DNA of 64,000 nucleotides from NCBI GenBank assembly GCA_963666215.2, contig CAXWPL010000005.1, forward strand, positions 96,001 through 160,000, in the 5' to 3' direction. The translations under genes and the position numbers were made by a program. Below are positions 18,685 to 28,797 of the stretch, piece by piece (within the stretch, counting starts at the first letter, position 1; the number at the start of each line of letters is the position of its first letter). This DNA comes from Acidobacteriota bacterium. Its GTDB lineage: Bacteria; Acidobacteriota; UBA890; WLXD01. The notes beneath the pieces were generated by a model, which saw only the letters and a program-made list of their open reading frames with translations, made no database searches and was not told the origin of the DNA.

Positions 18685-21163
18685 ATGAGCCCACCTACCC
18701 TACTCGTGAAGCTAGCCGATCGGCTGCACATCCGCCGATCTGAATACCGCGCGTTCACGCTCGCCTGTGTTGGCGCGTTTCTCGTGCTGTCGTACCTGGT
18801 TGCGGCGCGCGCGCTGCGCGAGGCGCTCTACCTCTCGCGCTTCGCGATCGAAACACTGCCCTACATCGTGGTCGCCACCACGGTGATCGGCCTGCCCGCC
18901 GTCGGTCTGTTCACTCGTCTCCTGGCACGGCAAGCCCCAGGCCGGGTTTATCGCAACCTGGCGCTTCTGGTAGCGCTTGGCGTCGCGGTCCTCGGCGGGC
19001 TCGCCGTTGCCGCTGCGCCCGGCACCCCGCGCTCCATCGCGATCGTGCTCTTCTACCCGTGGGCCGCGATCGGAGCGATGCTCCTGTCGTCAGGCTTCTG
19101 GGTGCTCACGGCCGACGCCTTCGCTCTACGGGATGCCAAGCGCCTGTTTGGCTTGATCGGAGCCGGCGGAACCGTTGGCGCGATGGTCACGGGCGCGTCG
19201 ATCAGCTGGATCACCGCCTGGGTTGGACTGCCGGGGCTGGTGAGACTGCTCTTGGCTCTACTCGCCGCCTCGTACGTACTGCAAACCGCGGCCCGCGACA
19301 TCACCGAGTCCGACCCGGCTGTGCCAGGCGCCGAGGCGCCGCGCGCAAGCCTGTCGGACGGCCTCGCAGCGGTTCTGGGTGACCGGCATCTGCGCACCAT
19401 CGCGGCCATCGTGGGCACCGCCACCGTCGCTTCGACACTGCGACTTCCAGTTCAAGGAGATTGCCCGCGCCACCTTTACGTCGGGCGAGTCTCTGGCGGC
19501 GTTCCTGGGCAATTTCTACGGCGTCACGGGGGTGATCGCGCTGCTGCTGCAGATGTTCGTGGCCGGGCGTCTGCTCCGTAGAGGTGGCGTCGCCGGCTCT
19601 CTAGCCGTCTTGCCGCTCGTTCTGATTCTGGGGTCAGCGGCGGTTGTCGCGTTCCCAGGGCTCGCGGTGGCCACCCTGATTCGAGGCGCCGACAACTCGC
19701 TGCGACGCTCGCTACATCGCTCGGTCATCGAGTACCTGTACGTACCCGTGCCGTCGGTTCTACGACGCAAGACGAAGGCGTTCGTCGACTCCGCGGTCGA
19801 CTCCGCCGCCGAGGGCACGGGGGCCGCGATCATCTACGTGCTCGTGACGCTCGCGGGCCTACCGTCGTCGACGCTTTCGATCGGCGTGGCCATCTCGGCG
19901 TTGGCTTTCATGTGCTTCGCACGCGTGATGGGGAGCCAGTATGTGGCCACGCTGTCGAATCGCCTGCAGGAACACGATGCGGACCCAACAGATACTGCGA
20001 GCCGCGACCCGGTCCTCGACACTGCTTTCGGGCACACCGAGCTATTGACATTTACACAGCTCGACCTGTCGCACCTGCTACCAGCGGCGGCGACACCAGT
20101 CGCTGACGAGGATCAGATGTCCGTTCCAAGCGCCGCGGCCAGGCGTGTGGGATTGTCGTCGCCCACGAGAGCCTCGGGAGCCTCGGATTCAGGGCGATCT
20201 GTGACATCTTCCAGCGTGGCCGACATTCGCACGACCCGCGTTCGGCTCGGCCCCAACGCGCCGACCACGGTAAGTGAAGCCGCCTCCACCGACCTCAGTG
20301 CTCTGCTGCGCTCGGCCGATCCTCAAACGCTCCGATACGCTCTGCAACTTCCGCAGGGCTGGCACGAATCGCATGTCCCGCTGCTGTTGCCGATGCTGGC
20401 TCGCGATGAGCTCTACGGCGCCGCCGGCCGCCGACTTGCCGCGCTGGGCGCTGCTGCCCTGCCGACGCTGCGTGACGCGCTCGCGTCCACGACAACCGAT
20501 TTTGTCATCCGCCGACGGCTGCCCGCGATCGTCGCGCACATCCGCACGCCGGATGCATTGGAGGTGCTCATCGATGCGCTGTCGGCCGATCGCTTCGAGG
20601 TGCGTTATCGCGCTGGCCTCGGCCTTGCTCGTGAGCGACGGAATGACCTCGCCGGACTCCACAGCTCCGAAGCGGGCGAGCACATCTGGGAAGCGGTCCG
20701 CCGCGAGCTCGGCCGTGAGCGTCCGGTATGGGAGCTGCAGCGCCTGCTCGATGAGGTCGACGACGCCGACGAGTTCGTTGCCGAGCGCTTGGGTCGACGC
20801 GGCGAGCTCAGCCTGCAGCACACCTTCCGCTTGCTGTCGCTGATGCTCGACACCGAGCCGGTTCTCACTGCCTACCGCAGCATCCTGTCGGGCAACGACG
20901 AAATCGGCAGCATCGCCCTCGAGTATCTCGAACAGGTACTGCCGAAGGACATCGGCACGTTGATCTGGCCCCACATTGATGCCGCACCAGAGGTTCACAA
21001 GACACCGCGCCCCATCGACGACGTAGTCGAGGATCTGCTGCAGACCGGAGCCACGCTTTTTGTCGACATCGCCGAGCACGAGCGCCTGCGCGCCGCGATC
21101 CGGGCAACCTTGCCAAGTCGTGAAGCGCCAGAGACTTCGCGAAAAAAAGACCCCAAGCCCTAG
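18685..21163 (+). pseudogene. Npt1/Npt2 (TLC) family nucleotide transporter with HEAT-repeat C-terminus, frameshifted near 19440
   Basis: AREALYLSRF, FWVLTADAFALRDAKRLFGLIGAGGTVG in frame 1; DFQFK, LYVPVPSVLRRKTKAFVD and HEAT-like repeats in frame 2. ACACTG-CGACTTCCAG is 2 nt short of T-L-x-D-F-Q. Confidence 0.75.
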
Positions 21164-21209
21164 CCCCACGATCACGAGAGCTCGAGACGAGCGGAAGAGC
21201 GCCAGCCGC

Positions 21210-21959
21210 GTGAGCCCGACCCGACAAAGCCCTTCCGAACTGGCCGCGAATCGCCGACCTCCCGTTCGGCGCGTCAAGCTGTGGTTCGATTTCGTCTCCC
21301 CTTACAGCTACCTGGCGCTCGCCCAGGCCGAGAAGTTCGCCACCCGGCATCATGTCTGCTGGCAGCTGCGTCCGGTTGTGTACGGCGCACTGCTCGACGC
21401 TACCGGACTCGTCGGTCCGGTGGAAAGCGAGGCCAAGCGGCGGTACACCTACGGCGACGTACACCGGTGCGCCGAGCTCCTCACGGTTCCATTGGTGGGA
21501 CCGGCGCAACATCCGTTCCGCTCGCTCGAAGCGCTGCGCACGGTCTGTGTGTTTCTGGATGCCCCTGAGAGCCTGACCCTGGCGCGCCGGCTCGCCGCCG
21601 CCTGCTGGGCGGAAGGCAAGATGCTGACCGACACTGACGTTCTGCGGCGCGCGGTCCAGAGTGTGGGTCTCGACAACTCCGAGCTCGAGACGCGCATCGC
21701 CGAGCCAACAGTAAAAGCGCGCCTGCGTGCCTTCACCGAAGACGCACTTCAGCGCGGGGTGTTCGGTGTACCCACATTCGAATGGTCGGGCGAGCTGTTT
21801 TGGGGCCACGACCGCCTGCCACACCTGGCAGCGCGTCTCGACGGCCGCATCGGATCCGCCGTCGAGGCGGCAGCAGAGATGGCAAGACGTCCGAGCGGCG
21901 TTGATCGCAAGCTCGCGCGCTCGCGGCCGGTGGACCCGACGGCGAGCGCCGACGTCTAG
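21210..21959 (+). CDS. 2-hydroxychromene-2-carboxylate isomerase / DsbA-like (GST kappa) protein
   Basis: WFDFVSPYSYLA, GVFGVPTF, ELFWGHDRL. Start uncertain. Confidence 0.88.
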   Translation: MSPTRQSPSELAANRRPPVRRVKLWFDFVSPYSYLALAQAEKFATRHHVCWQLRPVVYGALLDATGLVGPVESEAKRRYTYGDVHRCAELLTVPLVGPAQHPFRSLEALRTVCVFLDAPESLTLARRLAAACWAEGKMLTDTDVLRRAVQSVGLDNSELETRIAEPTVKARLRAFTEDALQRGVFGVPTFEWSGELFWGHDRLPHLAARLDGRIGSAVEAAAEMARRPSGVDRKLARSRPVDPTASADV

Positions 21960-21993
21960 CTAGAGTCGAGGGGACAGAGAAAATTCCATCCGC

Positions 21994-22764
21994 TCAGCCG
22001 TCGCCGCCATCCGAGGCCGCCGATAGCGCCGCACGCTCGACCTTCTCGAGTAGTGCATCGAGCTCCCGGCGACGACCCACCAGCCCAGCCAGTAGCGCCT
22101 CCTGCTGGCGCGCGAACTCGTCGAACATCAGCTCCATCTTGCGTAGAGGCCCGTGTGCCGCGCGCTGCAGGCCCTCAGCATCTTTGGCGTCAACCAACAG
22201 CGTGACTGCCTCGACGACGCCAACGAGCCCCCCTAGCGCCTCTACGGCGTAGTTGAGAGCGCCACGGACCGCTTCGCTTGCATCGCGCTGTCGAGCAGCC
22301 TGGCCCCTCAGGTGGGCCACCACTTCCTCGTCTCTGGCGGCCAGAGCCGTCATCCGCTCCTCGACAGCCTGTGCCCGCGAAGCGTCGTCGGCACGCGCGG
22401 CAACCAGCTCGGCGGCGAGGATCTCGTAGCGCCGATCGAGAACCTCCAAATGGTCGCGCAGAATCCAGCGCGCCAACCGTGCCAGCCCGAGGCGACCGCC
22501 TGCTGGAGGCCAGTTCACCGACGCCACCCCAGCAACAGGCTGGCGCGCCGTCGCCGCCACCCAGTCGCTTTCGATAAGGGGTTCGGACGCCTGTTGATGC
22601 GACTCGGCCTGGGTAGCAGCGGCCTCCGCCTGATCGGCCAACCGCCGGACTCGCGCGTCGAGCTCGCTGAGGCGCTCGCGAAACTCGGCCTCGGTTGCCT
22701 CGCGCTGCTGACGGAGTCGCGCCGCCGTCTCTTCGAAGCTGGCGGTCGATTCCGGGCCGCTCAT
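21994..22764 (-). CDS. Hypothetical coiled-coil protein
   Basis: 256-aa ORF whose ATG overlaps the upstream stop (TGATG); Ala/Glu/Arg-rich heptad-like sequence. Confidence 0.6.
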   Translation of the reverse strand: MSGPESTASFEETAARLRQQREATEAEFRERLSELDARVRRLADQAEAAATQAESHQQASEPLIESDWVAATARQPVAGVASVNWPPAGGRLGLARLARWILRDHLEVLDRRYEILAAELVAARADDASRAQAVEERMTALAARDEEVVAHLRGQAARQRDASEAVRGALNYAVEALGGLVGVVEAVTLLVDAKDAEGLQRAAHGPLRKMELMFDEFARQQEALLAGLVGRRRELDALLEKVERAALSAASDGGDG

Positions 22765-23969
22765 CAGAGCGCCGACGATGTCGACCGGCGCGAGCCCCGG
22801 GCGACCGGTCGCGACCCGGCGGGATCGATCAAGAAGAGGACTACATCCATGACGTTCGTGCGTGTCGGTCCGGTGATGAACAGGTCGTCAATCGATGCGA
22901 AGAAGGTATAGGAGTCGTTGTTGGCGAGAAACCGTTCGGCCACCAATCCCATGGCCGCAGCTCGGGCCACGCTCGCTCCGTCGGCGATCGCACCCGCAGC
23001 GTCGGTTGGGCCATCGGTGCCATCGGTGCCGAACGCGCAGCAGACGATGCCCGCGCTGCCCTGCAACTCGATGGCGGCCGCCAATGCGAGCTCCTGAGCC
23101 CGCCCTCCCTTGCCGGAGCCCGTGCACGTCACTGTGGGCTCACCACCCGCAATCAAACACACCCTCCCCCCCGCGCTGCCGTGTTGGCGTTGCACCTCGA
23201 GAGCCTGTCGCGCGAGCTCGCCCCCTGCCTCTCTGGCCTCCGCGGCGAGCGACATCGTCAGCACGGTGGCCGAATATCCGAGCCGGTTGGCCGCGGCAGC
23301 GGCGGCATCCACGGCCGCCTTGTTGTTTCCCACGATGACGTTGTGAACCCGGGCGAACAGCCCGTCGGTGGACTTCGGCGTCTCGGCAATTTCGCCGGCA
23401 ACACCACGGTCGAGTCGCTCTTTCACCGCAGGCGGAAGCCGTCCGGCCAGGTGGTAACGCCGAACGATGCTGGCGCAATCGGCGTACGTTGTGTCGTCGG
23501 CGGCTACCCGGCGCAGCAGGGCGAGCACGGCCTCGGCACCGGTCACACCGGCAGCGTCGGGTACAGGGTGGCCGGCCTCGTGCAACCGCACCTTGCGAGT
23601 GGGGGCGAGATACCCTCGTTTTACGATGACCTCGCCCGCCGTAATGCGACGATCGATCGCGTCGATTGACTCGACCGCGGCCGACATCGGCGCCCCCGCC
23701 TTTCCCGCACCAACCACCCAAATGCGACCCTGCGGACTCAGATCGACAAGCCTGTCGCCAATCATCAGCGTCAGCGTCGGCTGGCCGTCGCTTGGCGCGC
23801 CATCGGTGCCGACCTCCGGACTCGGCGGCGAATCCCCTGACACGACACGGAGATGTCGACGCACGGCGGCGGCGGGCTCGGCCGCGGCGATGGCCGCGGC
23901 CGCGATCTCGCGCAAGTTGGCGCGACGCCCCAGCAGACCGCACCCGGCAGACTCGCGCGCTTGCCTCAC
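22764..23969 (-). pseudogene. Glycerate 2-kinase (GckA/TtuD, MOFRL) with an in-frame internal deletion
   Basis: VVGAGKAGAPM, EAGHPVPD, EIAETPK, AGGEPTVT, GKGGRAQELAL, GTDGTDGPTDAAGA, TGPTRTNVMD are present. The LISGGGSAL...SGPT block expected between ADD and TTYAD is missing. Confidence 0.75.
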
Positions 23970-24015
23970 GCTGGCGCCGGTTGAGTACCGCCGCGCACAA
24001 TCCCCGAGCCGCAGC

Positions 24016-24561
24016 TCACGAGTAGGTCAGGACCGCGCGGCTGGTGTAGGAGCCAAGCTTGGCGCGCCCGTGGAGGAACCCGAGCTCAATCAGGAACTGC
24101 AGTCCCACCACAACTCCGCCGAGTTGCTCCACCAGCTCAATCGCTGCGGCCGCGGTGCCTCCAGTGGCCAGCAGGTCGTCGACAATCAACACCCGTTCCC
24201 CCGCCCCGATTGCGTCGACATGCAACTCGAGCGCGTCCTCGCCATACTCCAGGGCGTAGGCCGCACGAACGGTCTCGGAGGGGAGCTTTCCGGGCTTACG
24301 GGCAACCAGCAGGCCGGCGCCAATCTGGTAAGCCATTGGCGCCCCGAAGATGAAACCTCGAGACTCGATCCCGAGGATCTTGTCGGGTGGCTGGCCGAGC
24401 TGAGGCGCGTTCCACGAGCGACTCATCTCGTCGACTGCCAGGCGGAAGGATTTGACATCCTTGAGCAGTGTAGTGATGTCCTTGAACAGGACACCCTCGC
24501 GCGGAAAGTCAGGCACGTCGCGAATCGAGGCGCGCAGACGGTCCTCGATGGAATCACTCAT
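24016..24561 (-). CDS. apt: Adenine phosphoribosyltransferase
   Basis: IRDVPDFPREGVLFKDITTLL, GIESRGFIFG, RKPGKLP, YALEYG, VLIVDDLLATGGT. Confidence 0.96.
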   Translation of the reverse strand: MSDSIEDRLRASIRDVPDFPREGVLFKDITTLLKDVKSFRLAVDEMSRSWNAPQLGQPPDKILGIESRGFIFGAPMAYQIGAGLLVARKPGKLPSETVRAAYALEYGEDALELHVDAIGAGERVLIVDDLLATGGTAAAAIELVEQLGGVVVGLQFLIELGFLHGRAKLGSYTSRAVLTYS

Positions 24562-24735
24562 CGTATCGGCTCTTCTTCGTCGCTCTCGGGAGACCAGGTC
24601 GACCGGCGACACACCGGCCGCCGTTCAAAATCTGGCCCCGAACAGCTTGTTGGCTGCCCGGGGCCGATGTGGCCGTTCGCCCGTCGCCCAGCACCGCATG
24701 CAAGCTGGACCGACTCGAAAAAAGGCGCACGTAGG

Positions 24736-24809
24736 TCGGGACGACTGGATTTGAACCAGCGACCCCGCGCTCCCGAAGCGCGTGCGCTACCAAGCTGCGC
24801 TACGTCCCG
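24736..24809 (-). tRNA. tRNA-Pro(CGG)
   Basis: CGGGACGTAGCGCAGCTTGGTAGCGCACGCGCTTCGGGAGCGCGGGGTCGCTGGTTCAAATCCAGTCGTCCCGA; loop TT-CGG-GA. Confidence 0.95.
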
Positions 24810-25078
24810 AGACCGCCCGACAGTCACCCGCCGAGCGGGCGAAATGTTAGCACGCTGCCTATCGGCACAAATGCGCATACGGAGCGCTGCGCCTCTCGTC
24901 GGCGCGGCCTCTCCGCGTGCTTGCAACCCCCGCCGCGGGACGCGAGAGTAGGCGATCGCCTGCCCTTGACTTCGCTTCCGCTGGAGGATCTCTTGGTGCC
25001 GCACTCGCACCGTCCATCCGCATCACGCCGCGCTATCATGCCGATCTCCGCCAGCCAACCGCGACGGGCGCGGTGAGC

Positions 25079-26089
25079 ATGCACCCCGACTCAGAAACCG
25101 CCAACAACGAATCCGCGAGCCTTCACCTCGCGGTACCGCAAACCCTGATGGGCGGAGTCCTCATGGGCATCGCCAACCTGGTGCCTGGCATCAGCGGCGG
25201 CACCATGTTGCTGGCGGTGGGTGTTTACTCCGACTTCATCGAAGCCGTCGCCGCGCTCACCTCGTTGAGGCCACGCCCGCGACACATCCTGTTCCTCGGG
25301 CTCGTAGGCGCGTCAGCCGGCGGTGGCATTCTGCTGCTGGCTGGTCCGGTCCGAGATCTGGTTGTCGAGCATCGCTGGGCGATGTACAGCGTTTTTGTCG
25401 GGCTGACCCTGGGCGGCGTGCCTCTGTTGTGGCGTCAGGCGCAGCCAGCCGATCGTGCCACCTGGAGCGGCGCGGCGGCCGGCTTGCTCACCATGGTCCT
25501 GCTGGCGTGGCTACAAACATCCGGCGGCCCCGGATCGAGCTCAGGCAGCGGCCCGCTGATGCTGGCATTGGCCGGCGCGGGCGGTGCGGCGTCGATGGTG
25601 CTCCCGGGAATCAGCGGCGGATACGTCCTGCTCGTGTTGGGCCAGTATGTGCCCATTCTCGGAGCGGTGGAACGCTTTCGAGTCGCCGTGGCCGCACGCG
25701 ACCTGGCAGCTGCCGCGATTCCTACAACAACCGTCTTGCTGCCGGTCGCCGTTGGGCTCGTTGTCGGCATCGCGGTCGTATCGAACCTGCTGAGGTATCT
25801 GCTTCGCGCCCGTCGAAACGCCACTTTGGGCTTCCTCCTCGGCCTTCTGGTGGGTGCCGTGGTCGGTCTGTGGCCCTTCCAACAAGGCGTAGCCCCCGCG
25901 CCCGGCGACACGATCCGCGGCAGGTTGGTGACTCCTGCCAACGCCAACAGCATCGATCCTGAAGATTGGCGGGTGGTCACCTTCCGGCCAAGCACCGCAC
26001 AGCTCGGCGGATCTCTCGCCCTCCTTGCGCTGGGCGCGACCACGACGCTGGCGATCGCGCGATTCGGGGAACGCTCAGCGAAGACGTAG
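25079..26089 (+). CDS. DUF368 membrane protein (putative undecaprenyl-phosphate transporter)
   Basis: MGIANLVPGISGGTM and MVLPGISGGYVLLVLGQY repeats; multiple TM helices. Confidence 0.88.
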   Translation: MHPDSETANNESASLHLAVPQTLMGGVLMGIANLVPGISGGTMLLAVGVYSDFIEAVAALTSLRPRPRHILFLGLVGASAGGGILLLAGPVRDLVVEHRWAMYSVFVGLTLGGVPLLWRQAQPADRATWSGAAAGLLTMVLLAWLQTSGGPGSSSGSGPLMLALAGAGGAASMVLPGISGGYVLLVLGQYVPILGAVERFRVAVAARDLAAAAIPTTTVLLPVAVGLVVGIAVVSNLLRYLLRARRNATLGFLLGLLVGAVVGLWPFQQGVAPAPGDTIRGRLVTPANANSIDPEDWRVVTFRPSTAQLGGSLALLALGATTTLAIARFGERSAKT

Positions 26090-26292
26090 GGCCGGGCGCA
26101 AACGCTGACGTAGAGCTCGCCGGTCGTCGAGCCGCGGCCGAAGGGGCGAGTCGGAGACCCGCGCAGAAGAGCCAGGCCAGTGTGGCGACAAGGACGACGG
26201 GTCGGACCGAATGGACAGGTCAGACGGGGCGGATGCCGAACGAGGCGTCGGGCCGGCGGGGGTTGAAATGCGATCCGGCAAGTAAATCAAGG

Positions 26293-26366
26293 TCGGGACG
26301 ACTGGATTTGAACCAGCGACTCCTGGTCCCCCAGACCAGTGCGCTACCAGGCTGCGCCACGTCCCG
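26293..26366 (-). tRNA. tRNA-Pro(GGG)
   Basis: CGGGACGTGGCGCAGCCTGGTAGCGCACTGGTCTGGGGGACCAGGAGTCGCTGGTTCAAATCCAGTCGTCCCGA; loop CT-GGG-GG. Confidence 0.95.
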
Positions 26367-26450
26367 ACCCAATGGTGTTTGCTACGTGCCACTGTCGCCG
26401 ACGAGCGCGACTAGCGCAATCACCTTCACGCTCGCCGCGAGTGAAGAGGG

Positions 26451-26879
26451 CTAGTCAGTATCGTCATTCGCCCGCATGAGGGTCAAGATCGAGCCGATCT
26501 CCTGACGCACGCGGCCTAGCATCTCGGTGGTCTGCTGGTGGTCGTGACTGACTCCAGCGAGGGACTCCGGAGGGCCAGGCAGCGGAACCCGGGTGTCCAT
26601 CGGGTCTGTCGGAGATTGCCCACCCGCCTCCAGGCGCCGACGCGCACCGACGATGGTGTAGCCCTGTTCATGCAGCAGCTCTTTGATGGTCCGGATCAAC
26701 TCGATGTCGGCGGGCCGGTAGCGCCGCTGACCACCCTGAGTCTTTTGTGGGGCGAGCACCGAGAATTCCGTCTCCCAGTAGCGCACGACGTGAGACTCGA
26801 GCCCTGTCAGGGCGGCAACCTCGCCGACCTTGTAGAAGCCCTTGGCGTAGGCGAGCTGCGGACGAACGGGGTCGCTCAT
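26451..26879 (-). CDS. MerR-family transcriptional regulator
   Basis: YKVGEVAALTGLESHVVRYWETEF...GGQRRYRPADIELIRTIKELLHEQGYTIVGARRRL; ATGA overlap with the der stop. Confidence 0.9.
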   Translation of the reverse strand: MSDPVRPQLAYAKGFYKVGEVAALTGLESHVVRYWETEFSVLAPQKTQGGQRRYRPADIELIRTIKELLHEQGYTIVGARRRLEAGGQSPTDPMDTRVPLPGPPESLAGVSHDHQQTTEMLGRVRQEIGSILTLMRANDDTD

Positions 26880-28312
26880 CTCGACGCTCCGCCACGGCTG
26901 GGGCCGCTCGGGGCTTCCGCGCGATGCCCTCTGCGAATCTTCACGATCACCGGAGTGCCGCTGAAATCGAATCGCTCTCGCAGTCGGTTCTCCAGAAAGC
27001 GCCGGTACTCCGGCGCCAGGCTGTTCTTGCCGCCGCCGGTGAAGACAACAAAAACCGGCGGCGAGGCAGCGACCTGCGTCAGGTACTTCGGGCGCGGGAT
27101 CCCGGGGCCGGTGTAGGGATCCAGGCGACGCGAGATCGATTCGAACATCGCGTTGAGCGGCCCGGTGGGCACGCGCTGTCGACGGTTGGCGCAAACCCTG
27201 TCCACCAGTGGCAGCAAGCTTGCCACGCCATCGGTCGTCTTCGCCGAGACGAACGCGAACAGCCCCCAGTTGATTCGCCCCATGCGGTGCCGGAGCTCGT
27301 CGATCCAGTCGGACGCCGGAGAACCCTCGATCGCAATCAGATCCCACTTGTTGACGATGACAATCAACCCACACCCGGACGTCTCTGCCTCGGCAGCAAT
27401 CGCGACGTCTTGGCGCGATAGGCCGATGGCAGCGTCGATGACCAGCAAGGCCACGTCAGCACCCCTCATCCGCTGTCTGGCAATCGCCACGCTCACGGTT
27501 TCGGCGAAGCTGTCGCGTTTTGCGGCACGTCGAATCCCCGCGGTGTCCACAATGACGTAACGCTTTCCGCCGCGCTCGATCGTGCTGTCGATAGCATCTC
27601 GTGTGGTGCCCGACACCGGGCTGACAATCACGCGATCGTCGTCAAGGAGAGCGTTCACCAGCGACGACTTGCCAACGTTCGGCCTGCCCACCACCGCAAC
27701 GCGCGGCGTTTCGGCAATGTCGACCTGATCTGCCATCGGTGGCTGTTCGGTTTCGGTGTCTCCATCGGTGGGCACCTCCACCGGCGGACCATCATCGACC
27801 GGAACCTCGCGAATGCTGTCGATGACCACGTCGAGAAGATCGGCCACGCCGAGTCCGTGCTCGGCAGAGATCCTGAACAGAGGATCGATCCCCAGCGAGT
27901 GAAACTCGGTGGCGTCGAGTCCTATCGACTTGGAGTCGCACTTGTTGACGACCAGAAACGTCGGTACGCCACGCTTGCGCAGCTCGAGGGCAACCTCCGA
28001 TTCGATCGACGCCGGGCCAGCACGTCCGTCGACGATAAAAAGCACGAGGTTGGCCGTATCAACCGCGACCAGCGCGTGATCCTGGATCAGCCGAACCAGC
28101 TCGTCGGACGACTTCCACTCGACGCCGCCGGTGTCGGTGAGCACGAACCGCCTGCCACCCCATTCAGCCTCGGCGCGATGTCGGTCGCGGGTCAACCCCG
28201 ATTGCTCGCCAACGATGGCGCGACGCGAGCCCAGGACACGGTTGAATAGCGTCGACTTGCCGACGTTCGGTCGGCCGATGATTGCGATCTCAGGTAACGA
28301 ATGGGTGTTCAC
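26876..28312 (-). CDS. der: Ribosome biogenesis GTPase Der (EngA)
   Basis: Two GTPase domains (GRPNVGKSTLFN, DTGG, NKCD; GRPNVGKSSLVN, GTTRDAID, DTAG, NKWD) and a KH-like C-terminus. Start taken at GTG 28312. Confidence 0.95.
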   Translation of the reverse strand: MNTHSLPEIAIIGRPNVGKSTLFNRVLGSRRAIVGEQSGLTRDRHRAEAEWGGRRFVLTDTGGVEWKSSDELVRLIQDHALVAVDTANLVLFIVDGRAGPASIESEVALELRKRGVPTFLVVNKCDSKSIGLDATEFHSLGIDPLFRISAEHGLGVADLLDVVIDSIREVPVDDGPPVEVPTDGDTETEQPPMADQVDIAETPRVAVVGRPNVGKSSLVNALLDDDRVIVSPVSGTTRDAIDSTIERGGKRYVIVDTAGIRRAAKRDSFAETVSVAIARQRMRGADVALLVIDAAIGLSRQDVAIAAEAETSGCGLIVIVNKWDLIAIEGSPASDWIDELRHRMGRINWGLFAFVSAKTTDGVASLLPLVDRVCANRRQRVPTGPLNAMFESISRRLDPYTGPGIPRPKYLTQVAASPPVFVVFTGGGKNSLAPEYRRFLENRLRERFDFSGTPVIVKIRRGHRAEAPSGPSRGGASR

Positions 28313-28506
28313 GAAACTCGACCTTCGGGCGATCAAAATGAATGGAAGCTGCGTCAGCGTCGCCCGTGAAACAGGCGTGGCCGGAGCGACCGGCCCCGCT
28401 GTAACGCTATGATATGCTGAGGTTTAGTCAGCGTGTGGACATCGGGTCGGGGCTATCGTGGCCTCACCGAATCCAAGCCTCGGCGCCGCCGAGCCGGTTC
28501 CGCGAG

Positions 28507-28797
28507 ATGGTCAAGGCAGACATCGTCGATCGCATCGCTCGGCAGGCTGCTATCCCCAAGATCAAAGCCGAACAGGCAGCCGAGCGTATTCTCGCCGCTC
28601 TCAAAGCCTCGCTGGCCCGTGGAGAGCGTATCGAATTGCGCGGCTTCGGTGTTTTCGAGGTGCGACCGCGAAAACGCGGTGTAGGTCGCAACCCTCGCAC
28701 GGGTGAGGAAGTCGTGATTCCCCCTGGTAACACGACCCGTTTCAAGCCCGGCAAGGATCTCAGTCGCTTGAACGCCGAGACCGACCCACCGCAGTGA
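28507..28797 (+). CDS. HU/IHF-family DNA-binding protein
   Basis: MVKADIVDRIA, GERIELRGFGVFEV, GRNPRTGEEV, FKPGKDL. Confidence 0.93.
   Translation: MVKADIVDRIARQAAIPKIKAEQAAERILAALKASLARGERIELRGFGVFEVRPRKRGVGRNPRTGEEVVIPPGNTTRFKPGKDLSRLNAETDPPQ

Noticed and set aside
26195-26245. Degenerate 9-nt periodic sequence downstream of tRNA-Pro(GGG)
   Set aside because: Only about four poorly conserved units and no other copy noticed; too weak to call a repeat.
24734-26366. Identical 30-nt direct repeats (GGTCGGGACGACTGGATTTGAACCAGCGAC) flanking the DUF368 gene, resembling attL/attR of an island
   Set aside because: Both copies belong to complete tRNA-Pro genes with different anticodons, and there is no integrase; ordinary isoacceptor similarity explains it.
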